Shown here piece after piece: positions 25,690 through 39,726 of a stretch of 64,000 nt of DNA (positions are counted from its first letter, which is position 1; each line of letters opens with the position of its first letter). A program made the position numbers and the translations under genes. Source of the DNA: Octopus sinensis (taxonomy: Eukaryota); the NCBI RefSeq assembly GCF_006345805.1, contig NC_042998.1, forward strand, positions 55,738,001 to 55,802,000, read 5' to 3'. Under the pieces are notes generated by a model that saw only the letters and a program-made list of their open reading frames with translations, had not been told where the DNA came from and made no database searches.

Positions 25690-27049
25690 GACTGATTGAC
25701 AAAACAGATAGATAGACAGACAGACAGATAAATAGAAAAAGAGAGAAAGTATAACGTCGTCTGTCTCTTTGCGTATGATGACCATTATGATGATGATCAT
25801 GATGAAAGACGATCTGAGGGCTGTCTTAAAGACTGATCAGCTCATCAAAATTAAAACAAAAACCCTTTAACTTTTCTTATTTCGGAAAAAATATACTTTT
25901 ACATCAGTTTTTCTCTAGATTGAAAATGACTATTTTGAGAATTGAATATAACAGATTATATGATTATATGATTATATTTATTGACTGCCATATTAGCTTG
26001 GCGATAACTATTAATTTCCAGTACCGCTGCCGTAGTCTCCTTTAGAGAGACTTAGAAATAATAATATTTCGATTATATGATTCTCTTATTAATATGTCTT
26101 CGCCCTTGAATTAGTGGACTCCCCTGTCGTAGAAAACAGAGGTTTCCGCAATTTTTTGCTGAACACTGGTTGTTTAATGTATATGCTGTATATTAGCTCA
26201 CTCCTTCTATCAAATCGACATTGCCTGTACACTTACACTGTGTGCTACACGTCAGATATCGAAGTGATGGCAGAGCAACGTAAAATGAAATCTTTTGCTC
26301 AAGAAAACAATACACCACCCAATCCGAGAATCGAAATCATGATCGTGAGGTAGTGAGTGCAATGCTCTATCCAGCAGGCTATGTCCTTTTGGAATAAATC
26401 TATATATATGAAAGAGTAAAGCAGTCGATTTAGCTTACTTCAGTAATTGACTGCTACTTCTTTTATTGCACTTACTTATTGAGTCCTTAAGGCATTTTTT
26501 GACACAACGGAATATATGTTGACACGCAGGTTAATAGTAAATTAATTACAGACACAGGAAGTGAGTACTTCTGCAAGAGTACTTCACTTCCGACCTGTAA
26601 ACTGTTCTCATTTCTTTTGAGTACTTAGCTGATTTATTTTTATTTTTATTTATTTATTTATTTGCTGCTGTTGTTTTATCGATGTTGCCTGAGTGATGTA
26701 ATGCAAAAACAGACACCTCCACTAGTCCTAAACCTTTATCCCTTCTTCTGATCTGACAAAACCTGTCAATATCGCAATTTCTTAAGAAGCTTCCAGTTGA
26801 TATCAGGAGCGAATAATGCGGCAATCTGGAAGAATCGTTAGCATGACGGGCAAAATGCTTAGCCGCATTTCACCGTCTTTATGTTCTGTGTTCAAATTCC
26901 ACCGAGGTTGACTTTGCCTTTCATCCTTTCGGGGTCGGTAAAATAAGTACCAGTCGAGCACTGGGGTCGATTTGATCAGCTTACCCCCTCAAGATCTATG
27001 TAGTGAATATTCTCTACATTCCAATCAAGTATTCCAAACGTTAGTATCA

Positions 27050-27235
27050 GCTCTGGAACTCCACAAAAGCACTGTGAGATATTACCGTGTTGCAAGAAGA
27101 ATGCTCTGTCATATTTTTAAGCTTTGTATAATATTCTCGGGATATTCCATCTGTATTTATAGTAACGCTATATGATTCATTTTCATTAATACCAAGGTAT
27201 TTGTAGCACTTGTTATGTGAAGCCAGAGAAGTAAA
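27050..27235 (-). mobile_element. R4/Dong-like LINE fragment
   Basis: YKYLGINENE..ISREYYTKLKN aligns by eye with YKYLGINEGD..IRKEYYRRIR of the element at 61900. Confidence 0.55.
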
Positions 27236-27705
27236 GAAACCATTCATGTGAAGGTTTTGGGTCGGAGAAAGTGTTTCAGCGATCAAGTCGCAAATGTGCG
27301 TATTCCTACTGGTCAAATCTCATCTTTACAACAGTTGAAAACGTCACTAAATTCCACAGTTCTCAGCATAAATCTTTAGATATCGTTTTACTTGGGAATT
27401 ATTTATCATATTAGTTGTCTTTTACTGAACCCAACGCAACCACTAGACATTTTTTTTTTTTTTTTTTTTGTAAAAGAAATTACAAGGGATTTAGTGTCAA
27501 AATAAGTAAAACAGACAGTCTGTCGCCTTGGAATATTCCTTTGAGAGATTTATAACACCACAGCATAAAGACGCACGGCCTCGTGATTTGAATGTTCGGT
27601 TCAATTCTTGATTCGAGCGCGGCGCGTTGTGTTTATGAACAAAGTATTTTGTTTCTCTCTTCTCCAGTCTACTCAACCGCTATCGATGCTAGTCAGATAC
27701 CAGTG

Positions 27706-27768
<63 letters not shown>

Positions 27769-28179
27769 CACTTGTCACATCTGTAAGGTGATGTTTTCTT
27801 CTCTTTTGAGGAGTCGTTGGTTTATTTCTTTTTTCTTTCTGTTGTTGATTAGTAGATGCTATTTGAGTAATATCATACGAGTCTCAAGATTGGATCAACA
27901 GCAAGATGGATGCAAAGCTGACTTTGTCAGCTCACGGCTAAAACTATAGTGCAAGTGACGGGCTGTATGTATCACACCAGTGATAATTGTTTTGCTTTCA
28001 GTTACGAAACAAGGATAGTTAACCAGGCCTTTGTGAGCATTTCAATGAGAGCGGCAAAGGCAATATTTTCGCAAGTGCCATGTCTCCAGTAACCATGAAT
28101 GGGAAATAGAATAGTACACAGTCCTGTAATCAAGTCATACTATCACAATATTTCGGTGATGCTTTCTTACTTCAAACAG

Positions 28180-28596
28180 CAGGAGTGGCTGTGTGGTAAG
28201 TAGCTTGCTTACGAACCACATGGTTCCGGGTTCAGTCCACTGTGTGGAACCTTGGGCAAGTGTCTTCTACTATAGCCTCGGGCCGACCAAAGCCTTGTGA
28301 GTGGATTTGGTAGGCGGAAACTGAAAGAAGCCCGTCGTATATATGTATATATATATATGCATGTGTTTCTATGTGTTTGTGCGTCTGTGTTTGTCCTCCC
28401 ACCAACATCGCTTGACAACCGATGCTGGTGTGTTTACGTCCCCGTAACTTAGCAGTTCGGCAAAAGAGACCGATAGAATAAGTACTAGGCTTACAAAGAA
28501 TAAGTCTTGGGGTCGATTTGCTCGATTAAAGGTGGTGCTCCAGCATGGCCGCAGTCAAATGATTGAAACAGGTAAAAGAGCAAAAGAGTAAAAGAG
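28180..28596 (+). mobile_element. SINE family A copy
   Basis: Full-length homologue of 1680-2098. Confidence 0.85.
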
Positions 28597-29209
28597 CATC
28601 CGCATACTCCCTTCTTTTCAACAGCATGTTAATCAATTACTACTTGGCTGGACTCTCAGTGGTCTTAGATAAATTGGATGAGGCTGCTTGCGTAAAGTTT
28701 ATACATTACGCTTAGGTAAGCAAAGGACCTATAGTTTTTTTGTTTTTTTTACTTCTTTGCCAAATCAATGTTTTCATTCTTGGCTCCAACATTTATTCGT
28801 GCTCTGGAAAACCGATTAGATACACCAATCTGCCTTTACTTCCACAGGTTTTAAATAAACTTATTAGTGACTTTCTGTACAATATCAACATCTTGCACCG
28901 GTATCAAACTATTAGCTTCGGCCATGAGTATATGTACTTATGTATGCATAGATGTATGTATACATAGAACTAATGAATGGGTGAGTGCATATGCGTAGTT
29001 ACTTACCCTTAAATCTTACCTAATCTATCATTCGACCCGTAAACACGCCATCTTTTATGAGTATGTAGGAAATTACCTAATGTGCTATTTCTTTATTTAA
29101 AACAGTATAGAGGTTATCACAGTGACTTGTTTATGTATGTGTTTGTGTAATTGTAATTGTTTATGTGTGTGAGAGAGAGTGTGTGTATGTGAGAAAGAGA
29201 TTGAGAGTA

Positions 29210-29267
<58 letters not shown>

Positions 29268-30174
29268 CTTGCACGTACGTGTATGTACTATATTCAAAAT
29301 CGGATGGCCGAGTGATTAACAAGTTCACTATGCTCTCCTGGTTCGACCTATGCCGTAATTTGAAATTAGAACTTAATATTGAATTTACCCATCCCTACAC
29401 GTGTAAATGGTTTGTTTCAAGCATGCAGTTTCAATGTTATTTTGTATGAGTGTAAGCATGTATACATGTATCTGTGTATGCAAATATAAATGTATTCGTA
29501 TATGAATGCAAATACACACGCACAAGTTCATAGACACTCGCATACAATGGCATACATATACATGGATAACTATACTTATGTACGAGAGAATAATTGGTGT
29601 CAGTTATGCTTGGAAGACTTGACAAATGATTGATTTCTTTCACTTATCCGTTTGCATTTAAAATCTATTTATGCTGTTGGTGGAGCGTTCTATGAGGATT
29701 TTGAATATCCGATTTGTCACGCCACTCTCAAAAATAAAGGTGTTTGACATATGAATAATTACTATTGAATGCTTTTGATTTAGGAATGCATGTCTTGTTA
29801 ACACGAAATAATCTTGTTATGACATCTGTTACGGACTCATAAATATTTCTATTCTTCAAGACTTGAGAGTAAGTTCTATTTAAAGCTTGCATAAAAAAAG
29901 TGTCAAATCTGAGACAAAGACTACTAATGGTTAAATTTGGTTGAGACATTTTCCACCATTTCTCCTGCTGTTAAAATTTCTTCTGTTAAAAGTGAAACAT
30001 AGACTTGGCCGTGGTTAAGGAGTTAGGTTCGTTACATATAATTTCAAGTTCGATCTTGCTACAGGGCATCTTAGTTAAGAGCCTTCTACTGTAAAGAGAG
30101 GTTGAACAATTTCTTGTGAGTAAAATATAATAACCGAAAGCCTTGTGGATGCTTCTTGTGTGAGTGACTGTGTG

Positions 30175-30258
<84 letters not shown>

Positions 30259-30338
30259 GTATATATATACATATCTATATATATATAATATATATTTAAA
30301 TATATATATGTATATATATATATGCATATATATGTATG

Positions 30339-30415
<77 letters not shown>

Positions 30416-30609
30416 GATATATATATATATAAGGGAATATATGAGTGAGTGAGTGTGTGCGTGTGGTGTGTGTGTGTGTGTGTGTCTGTGGTGGACTGTC
30501 TTGTCCTAAACAACAGATGAGGGTTCTGCAAATTCGAGCAAATCAACGTAGCCTGTGCAAGTGTACCGTGTGTCACACGCCAAATGTCCAAGTGATCGCA
30601 TTCGATCAC

Positions 30610-30659
<50 letters not shown>

Positions 30660-30766
30660 TACATATATATATACATATATATAGTATATATATATTATAC
30701 ATATATATATATATATATATATATTTATTGGCTAAACTGTCAAAATGACCATTCCGAAATATAACA

Positions 30767-30803
<37 letters not shown>

Positions 30804-30967
30804 ATATATATACATATATGTTATATATACACATACAAATATAATATATATATATATATATATATTATATGCAAGTAAGTGTGCGTGGGTGTACGTATAT
30901 CCATATAAGGGACCTCCACAAAGTCTCATGTTATATATATATATCATAACTATGTATGTATGTATAA

Positions 30968-31246
30968 AGGTGCGTGGCTAAGTGCTTAGGGGTTTGCACT
31001 CACGGGTCGCAAGATCATGGTTTCGATTCCCGGACCGGGTGATGCATTGTATTCTTGAGCAAAAGACTTCATTTCCCGTTGCTTCAGTTCATTCAGCTTT
31101 ATATGAGTACCAGAAAGGCAGGCCAAGTCGAATGCGATCACTTGGACATTTGGCGTGTGACACACGGTACACTTGTACAGGCTACGTTGATTTGCTCGAA
31201 TTTGCAGAACCCTCATCTGTTGTTTAGGACAAGACAATCCACCACA

Positions 31247-31253
<7 letters not shown>
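30968..31253 (+). mobile_element. tRNA-derived SINE, family D (TTGAGCAAAAGACTTCATTTC core)
   Basis: A box TGGCTAAGTG and B box GTTTCGATTCC. Related heads and cores at 44465-44800 (+), 43145-43428 (-), 26125-26385 (-) and 54330-54415 (-). Confidence 0.7.
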
Positions 31254-31317
<64 letters not shown>

Positions 31318-31599
31318 TCATATATTCTTTTATTCTTTTACTTGTTTCAGGCATTTGGCCGAGGCCATGCTGGAGCACCGCCTCAAAGGGTATTTTAGTC
31401 AAACAAATCGACCCCAGGATATATTCTTTGTAAGCCTAGTACTTATTCTATCGGTCACTTTTGCTGAATCGCTAAGTTAAGAGGACGTAAACACACCAAC
31501 ACCGGTTGTCAAGCGATGGTGGTGGAGGTGGGGCTAAACAAACACAAAGACACTCACATAAATGCATACTAACATATACATACACACACACATATATAT

Positions 31600-31975
31600 A
31601 TTGGCTGTGTGGTAAGTAGCTTGCTTACCAACGACATGGTTCCGGGTTCAGTCCCAGTGCATGGCATCTTGGACAAGTATCTACTACTATAGCCTTGGGT
31701 TGACCAAAGCCTTGAGTGGATTTGGTAGACGAAAACTGAAAGAAGCCCGTCGTATATATGCGTGTGTGTGTGTGTGTTTGCCCCCCCCCCCAACATCGCT
31801 TGACAACCGATGCTGGTGTGTTAACGTCCCCATCACTTAGCGGTTCGGCAAGAGAAGCGATAGAATAAGTACTAGGCTTACAAAGAATAAGTCCTGGTGT
31901 CGATTTGCTCGACTAAAGGTGGTACTCCAGCATAGCCGCAGTCAAATGACTGAAACAAATAAATGAAAGAAAAGA
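31600..31975 (+). mobile_element. SINE family A copy (a reverse 3' half lies at 31322-31530)
   Basis: Homology to the other family A copies. Confidence 0.8.
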
Positions 31976-31977
31976 AC

Positions 31978-32009
<32 letters not shown>

Positions 32010-32134
32010 TATTATATATTTATGTATTTATTTATTTATAAGCAAGAGTTTATCAGGGATCAAATTTAACTTAAGCAGAATATGGACAAATTGACTACCA
32101 TCGATTATTATTTTTTAATACATAACTTTATCCC

Positions 32135-32252
32135 ATCTAAGGGCCGTTTCTGCTTCTGATGTCCCACAGCGCTGCCAAAGAAGATTCTAAGAATAATATT
32201 CGTCATATTCTATAGCACATCCGATCTGGTACATAGAGCTTCATCAGAGTGA
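32135..32252 (-). ncRNA. Degenerate hammerhead-like motif in a ~500-bp TA-flanked segment
   Basis: Minus strand: CT-CTGATGA-AGCTCTATG..CATCAGAAGCA-GAA-ACGGCCCT-T-AG. Helix III is one change from the palindrome ACGGCCGT; helix I is weak. Confidence 0.4.
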
Positions 32253-32516
32253 AAAAAATACATAAAATAGAATAAAAGGAAAGAAAAGAGCCTCGAGAGG
32301 AGGAAAGAAGGCTTAATTAATATATTTGAATCATACCATTTTACAGTGAAACGGTTCGGGCCGTTGAGTAAATGACTAAACTAAAAAATTAATTGGTGGG
32401 TTAAATTAAGATTTCGTAAATAGTACTATTTAATATTTATCCAAATAACATACCCATAAAGTTAAACGGATATTCTTATCTCTTAGACGCTTATTCCAAC
32501 TGCTAACTCTACTAAC

Positions 32517-32550
<34 letters not shown>

Positions 32551-34353
32551 CAGACTTCTTTCACGTTCCATCTACCATGTCCACTCACAAGGCTTTGATC
32601 GGCCCGAGGCTATAGTAGAAGACACTTGCCCAAGGAGTCACTCAGTGGGACTGAACCTGAAACCACGTGGTTCCTTACCACACAGCCACGCCTGTGCCCG
32701 TATACATATATATATCCATTGGTTAAAATGGGGAAAGTACTCAAGCCAATTGAGTTGCTTCAGAGGATAGTTACACCGGAATTTATCCGACATATTGAAA
32801 ACTGAATTTCCATCTCACATGTCGGGGAAACGCCAGAGTAACATACTACAATTCAAGTCAAAGAAACTCTATGTGCACGCGTGTGTGTACGTATGTACAT
32901 ATGTGTGTATTTATGCTTGTATGCATGTATGTATTTATGTGTGTGTAAATGTCTATGTTTAAGTTTGTTGGTATAAATTGGTGCTGAGTTGTATCTCTGT
33001 ACGTCAAAGATAATTTAACCATTCATTCGATAGAAGTTGTAAAACGAGGAGTAGACTTATATGTGTACTAGAGTCTGTATGATTGAATAAATCTCTTGAA
33101 AGTGGTACACCAGCATGACCTCAATTCGATGAATAAATCACTAAAAGAATAAAAATAATATCAAATAAGATATGTTGCTGAACGAGGTCATTACTTAATG
33201 ACATCGATGAAGTTAATTTCAAAAAACATAGATTAACTATTTAAGAAAAAAAAATCAAACGATAAATGATTTGAAATAAAACACACCAACCAATATAAAG
33301 ATGACAAAATCATCTCAGAACTGATTTGTCATCTCCATGAATGCTTTGTTACGGCGACAGCTTCATTAAGTGAAATGAAGATAATTGCTTAACTTTCGAA
33401 GTCGATTAATAATGCTGAAGATATTGTCATTTTAACTCAATAAAATATTTAAATGCAAAATAATTATCTGAAAGAAGTTGATATGTTATGGAAACATTTT
33501 AGCAAATGAAGTTACCGATGCTGGTCTTGCTGTCATTTCAATGCTTCAAAAATTGTTTCTTAATAGCAAAAACAAATTTACCGTTACATCCGTTAGATAA
33601 TGAACTCCTAAACGCTTACCACAGTTACTAAAGTAGATTTGAAAACCAAGAACAAAAACATCAATAAAAGCAATAACAGTCTACCAAAATACGCAGTACA
33701 ATATAATGCATGGATAATCTTTTAGCTTAAAAAATATTTGACTTAATTGAATAACGTTGAAACTTCTATTTATTATTCTAAAAGCGATGAGACATTGCCA
33801 TTTTTTCAGTTGACATTATCTGGTTAATAAAAACAAAATTTAACTCCGCAAAAAATCATAAGTGTATATCACAACTTCCCAGCATGGCGCCACACAAAAT
33901 AAGAAAATGTGTAGTTTCGTACAATGATTAATACTTTTCACTTAAATGTTGATAAATGTGAACAAATGAGGATGTATTCCATAACAACCAAATACAATAA
34001 TGTCTGCATGTATATGTGAGTGAATACAGGAATGGTTATCGGTGAGATGGATAAGCATAAATGAATGATGTATGTATGTTAGTTTGTATGTATGTATGTA
34101 ATTATTTAGTTTTATTTCAAGATTTCTCGCCAATAGAAAAAGAGTCGGTTTCTAACCTAGATCCAAGGCTCCTTCATTAGAATTTCAACATCAAGAATGG
34201 GGTATGTCTGTATGTATGTATGTATACGCTCAGATTTGTATGTTTTGTTTTATTGTCTTTTTATGCATATATTTGCATATCTAGGCATGGTCATATATAC
34301 TTAAATGTATGTATGTATCTATGTATATATGTATGTAAGATTATATATGTTTG

Positions 34354-34395
<42 letters not shown>

Positions 34396-34396
<1 letters not shown>

Positions 34397-35414
34397 TAGC
34401 ATTAAAGACCCGTCGTTGCCGGGTCATAGTGCTAGTGCATGTATATATATGTATATATATGTGTACATATTACATGTACATCTATATATATATACATCTA
34501 CACATAAAATGCAAAATACAAAGTTATATCTTGATATCGCTAGTGATAACAATACTCAAAATATATAACAGACTGGAATTGTTAGCTCGTCTCTTGTAAT
34601 TTCGATCAATTGTATCTTGTCCTCCCTCTTGTATAGAAGTGTGGCTACAATCCAGCCTACCTCTACTTCTGGTGGGAGGGGGCATTTTAAATTTTTTTCC
34701 GGGACGTCCTACGTCCCAGATATAAAGGTAAAAATAAAATATTTACACTTTGCAAGTTCGAGTCGAGTACTCCCTTGCACGCTCCGTTGACTCGAACCTT
34801 GCTTCTATTGTGGCGAATTTACCGCCTCTGATTAGATACTTTTCATAGTCGCACCAAGACACTTTTCGAAGGTGCTTTCCTCCATGTGTTCAAATCTTTT
34901 TTCTCTACATTGTATACTTTATAGACAATAGTCTTTTCTTTAATTTAATTTTTTATTATCCATCTGGACTATTCCATTTCTGCACGCTAATTTTATTTTT
35001 AATTTAGTCCCATTCATGTGAAACCACTTATTCAAGTTCAAATCATTGATGCAATTTTATACCAATTGCTATTTTTACTTTTGTCATGTTACTTTAGTTT
35101 GATTTTAATTATTACTTACTACATATAATTCAATTGTTATTATTATTTTTATTGTTAAAGTGAAAGTATCTGACACAAAATAGAGAAACGTTTTGTTTCA
35201 CTTTTAACACGTAATACTGAAATAGTGGAGAAGATATTATATTGCTATGGGCTCGCTCTAGGCAAGAAGTTGAACATTTTTTTTGCCCATCAAACTACAT
35301 GGACCCTAAGTAAGGCATGTGTAAAATTTGAATGGAATTGGTTGTGTAGTTCTCAAGTTTTAGGGAAACACACAGACAGACAGACAGACATTCTCAGTTT
35401 TATATATATAAAGA
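34396..35414 (-). mobile_element. Non-autonomous Helitron-like element
   Basis: 5' TCTTTATATATATAAAACTGAGAATGTCTGTCTG at 35414. 3' hairpin ACCCGGCAACGACGGGT followed by CTAG|T at 34396. Confidence 0.7.
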
Positions 35415-35475
35415 TATATTTATTTTTTTATCTAGTTTCAGCTCACGAGCTGTTGCCATGCTGAGGCACCGCCAT

Positions 35476-35507
<32 letters not shown>

Positions 35508-35719
35508 TACATATACATATATACATATAAATAATATAATTTAAGAACAAATATTGAATTCAGGTTAACAAACTTTAACAATGTTCTTAAATTATATTAT
35601 TGATTTGTGTCTATGGCTCAATGTCATTTGAGCACTTCTCTCCAGCAGTCCTTTATATATTCGTCTTTTTCAGTCGAAAGAAAGGTAATTTATAATTTAC
35701 TTCTTAGTTATATATATAT

Positions 35720-36415
35720 ATAGCCATGATAAAACTCCGACTTTCGAATGTCGGGGCGGAAACCCACGCCGGCATCTCTTCAGTTATTGGGCCATCGAAA
35801 AAATAGTATCAAAATGACCGTTAAACAAAGGGAAATTACTGTGTGATTGACTGTTATTAAGAGAAAAAAAGCTACTAGAATGACTGCTAAGTAAGGGGAG
35901 GGAGTAAAGGTAAAGGAGTAAAAATGTCAATAGTAATCGCGGAAGCGCGCATATTGATACATACACATGCGCACCCGCACACCTGGGTACATGCGCCTAT
36001 ATGTATATACTCATCAACCCTCACTTGAAACACATACATGCTCACCCACACATTCGCCAAAAAATATTTATACATACCCGCATTCACGCTCGCACAAACA
36101 CACATGCGCACAAAAAAAAGTTGATACACACATCTATATACGCACATGCACAAGAAAAAACAAGTGACAAGAGCAAGTGACATGCGTGCTTACGCGGACA
36201 TTTGTACTCCCTTAGCTTTACTCCCTCCCCTTACTTACCGGTCATTCTAATAGCTCTTTTGTCTTAATAACAGTCAATCACACAGTAATTTCCCTTTGTT
36301 TCTTTGTTTAACGGTCATTTTCATAGCATTTTTTTCAATGGTCCGATAACTGAGGAGATGACGGCGTGGCTTTTCCGTCCCGACATCCGAAAGTCGGAGT
36401 TTTATCATGGCTATC
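35720..36415. mobile_element. MITE/foldback element with ~220-bp imperfect TIRs
   Basis: TAGCCATGATAAAACTCCGACTTTCG..TAAGTAAGGGGAGGGAGTAAAG is mirrored at 36185-36415. Confidence 0.8.
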
Positions 36416-36520
36416 GAATAATTGTCACATATTATATTTACAGATAAATTCCTCTATTTACATAATATCGAGGTCTCTTTCATTCTTTTGTTGTCTTGCC
36501 ATTTCTAGCAATAGATAGAC

Positions 36521-36604
<84 letters not shown>

Positions 36605-37046
36605 AATCTATTCCATCTGTCTGTGCGCTTATAACTCGAGTATTGTTCATCCGATCGCGCTGAAATTTTAAACATGGATACATGAGAGAGCCGGGCGATC
36701 CGTAATCTAAAAAGATTTTCAAAATCGTTAGTTTCAAAGTGAGAATCGGTCTTTAATATCCTGTTTGTTCCGCCATTAAACAACCAGTTGCTCAGACAGT
36801 CAGCTTATACTATTTCGCTAGCAACAAGGGGCGTACACGATGACAGTCAACCAAAAACGTCGGTATACTGTCTCTCTTCTTTCCTCTCTCTGTGGGGTTT
36901 ATAATCTTAATATTTAGTTACAGTTTCTCATTCAAACTACATAATAGGCGGAATTGTTGGATTAAGACAGTAGGGTATTTTGAGGGAGATTTGGCTGCTG
37001 TTTCTACCAGGTCTTACATCTGTATTATGTGATATACTGTCCTATA

Positions 37047-37314
37047 TCCTATATATTATATATTCCTTATGCTTTCCAAAACCGAGTTACAGATTTTGAC
37101 GTATGGGGTGTCAAAAGATTCAGTACTATTTTGGCTACAAATTAAACTTAATTTTCATTCACATATTTGCATTTCAAAAGTTTAGCATAATCTTCTCCAT
37201 AAATCAACTAATTTTAAAAGACGTCAATCATCACGACACACACCTTCACTCACTCACTCTATCTCTCTTCCTCATCCTCTTTCTCACTCACATACTCACG
37301 CGCAAGCACGTACG

Positions 37315-37360
<46 letters not shown>

Positions 37361-38443
37361 CATTTCATATAGACGTACACACATCTTTCACTTTCTTTCT
37401 CTGTTCTTTTCAGTTTATCTTCTTTCAATTTCTGCTCTCTTTAGATAAAACTTTTACGGCTACAACTGCTTACAAAAATAGGGATTAATGTATAATTCCT
37501 TTCTATGTTGATAATGTTTTGTTTACAATATTGAGAAAAATATGCCACCAAAGAAAAGACGTAATCTCTCCAGAAACAAGTATAAAACAAGGAGGATTGT
37601 AGAAAACCGAACGCGAGAGTCTGAAGAGAGAAGCTAGATAAGATTTTCTCAACATCAGCAAATGCATGTTGCAGCACTTAATGCTGGATCATTAAATCAA
37701 TGTTTAATGATTAGACAGAGGTCCAATAGAATAGCTCTCCTGCAGCTATTTTCAAATATGATCCATCCCATTCTTATAAAAATAATAACTCTGTCCAAAC
37801 TGGTGTGCAAAACACAAATTGTCTTTTCTGTAAAGATTTAAAATTTTCAATTGAAACAAATTGTATGTGCGGCTCAGGCGGTCAAGTAGCATTGCCAGCA
37901 CTACCAGATCCTTCTTAACCTCTTATGGATCTTCTAGAAGGCATTTCCATCCAGTCAAAGGGTTTTCTGCAAATGACATCGTTTGGTGCATCTAAGAAGA
38001 TAGATAAACATGAATTTACGATGACTTCAAAGTTCAAGGGCAAGTCTATCACCTCACTGGTTTCCTGTTACCCACAAATGAACAACCACAGTTTCTCCAA
38101 ATTTACTTTATGAGTGATGTAGGACAACAAACCCGAAGGAGGTGTCAACATTTCAGATGATGGAATGTGTTAGACACAGCGCCGACTGCTGCAAAAGAGA
38201 GTATATCCACTGACAGCTTCACGGTGCGTTCAAAAATCATATAAACCCTACAAGTAAGGGCCTGAAATACTCCAAACAGACGTATAGCATGTTGCTTAGT
38301 CGAATTAGCCCATCATTTACTCCACAAATGTTTTGTTGTCAATGCTACACTTTCCCATGTCACATGTTTCAACATAACTGTAATATATTATATACAAACT
38401 ATGCCATTTTAATCCCGAGCAACGCCGAGTGTCTCTGCTAGTA
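37047..38443 (+). mobile_element. Helitron deletion derivative with N-terminal Rep-region remnant
   Basis: GGQVALPALPDP..LMDLLEG..FLQMTSFGA..FKVQGQVYHLTGFLLPTNEQPQFLQIYF. 3' CCCGAGCAACGCCGAG..CTAG|T. The 5' TC start at 37047 is tentative. Confidence 0.8.
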
Positions 38444-38467
38444 TATATATATATTATATATATATAT

Positions 38468-38537
<70 letters not shown>

Positions 38538-38692
38538 TGGCAGGGCTGGTCTGCTAGGTAGCCGGCCGAATGCTAGAAGAAGACCATCAACGATCAAACT
38601 ACAAGGGAAATTCTCTAGAGGAAGAATTCAGCGAACACCAGAACCAAATTTGGCGGGCAGAACATATGAAAATTTAAATAAAAAACAGACTT

Positions 38693-38771
38693 AAATGCAT
38701 ACCTAGGTTTCGGTCTTTAACAAAAGAATTACTTGCATAATTCAAATGTCCGTGACTTCATCAGTACATTC
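38693..38771 (-). ncRNA. Hammerhead-like motif (left arm)
   Basis: Reverse complement of 39385-39463. Confidence 0.65.
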
Positions 38772-39384
38772 GGTCATCGAGATGCAAACTGAAAAACTAA
38801 CCCCAGCTCTCTGTGTCAAAACAGACACGTGCTTAGTTTTACTGATTACATCGGGAATAAAATTTCAAATGTCTTGGCTCTGGCGCGCTAAGAAATTCCT
38901 GAAGCGAAGGGCTGCAGTGAATAATTCACTGCGGATATTGCTTACAACTAGGGAACGTATTTATTTAAATATTTAAATATTGAGGGAGATAAATTAATAT
39001 TAATTTTAATATCAATTTAAAACCAGTAGTCCAGCATTCAAAAATCTGAGAAGTCAGAGAAAATTCAAATATATGTGTATATTGGCAGGGCTGGCCTGCT
39101 AGGTAGCCGGCCGGATGCTAGAAGAAGATCATCGACGATCAAACTACAAGGGAAATTCTCTAGAGGAAGAACTCAATATTTAAATATTTAAATAAATACG
39201 TTCCCTAGTTGTAAGCAATATCCGCAGTGAATTATTCACTGCAGCCCTTCGCTTCAGGAATTTCTTAGTGCGCCAGAGCCAAGACATTTGAAATTTTATT
39301 CCCGATGTAATCAGTAAAACTAAGCACGTGTCTGTCTTGACACAGAGAGCTGGGGTTAGTTTTTCAGTTTGCATCTCGATGACC

Positions 39385-39463
39385 GAATGTACTGATGAAG
39401 TCACGGACATTTGAATTATGCAAGTAATTCTTTTGTTAAAGACCGAAACCTAGGTATGCATTT
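39385..39463 (+). ncRNA. Hammerhead-like motif (right arm)
   Basis: GAATGTA CTGATGA AGTC..GACC GAA ACCTAGGT A TGCATTT. Palindromic helix III, GUA site at 39456, and an A.C mismatch at the base of helix II. Confidence 0.65.
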
Positions 39464-39726
39464 AAGTCTGTTTTTTATTTAAATTTTCATATGTCCTGCC
39501 CGCCAAATTTGGCTCTGGTGTTCGCTGAATTCTTCCTCTAGAGAATTTCCCTTGTAGTTTGATCGTTGATGGTCTTCTTCTAGCATTCGGCCGGCTACCT
39601 AGCAGGCCAGTCCTGCCAATATACACATATATTTGAATTTTCTCTGACTTCTCAGATTTTTGAATGCTGGACTACTGGTTTTAAATTGATATTAAAATTA
39701 ATATTAATTTATCTCCCTCAATATTT

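Noticed and set aside
26555-26600. Short hairpin GGAAGTGAGTACT/AGTACTTCACTTCC
   Set aside because: Isolated 13-bp stem with no supporting context.
35735-35795. CTGAAGA..GAAA and CTGAGGA..GAAA strings in the foldback TIRs (also 36345-36400)
   Set aside because: No helix III or NUH site can form; the GAAA lies in the loop of a CCGAC/GTCGG hairpin.
38746-38976. 76-aa ORF repeated in both arms (also 39180-39410)
   Set aside because: Repeated only because of the inversion, antisense to the HHR, and without a recognisable domain.
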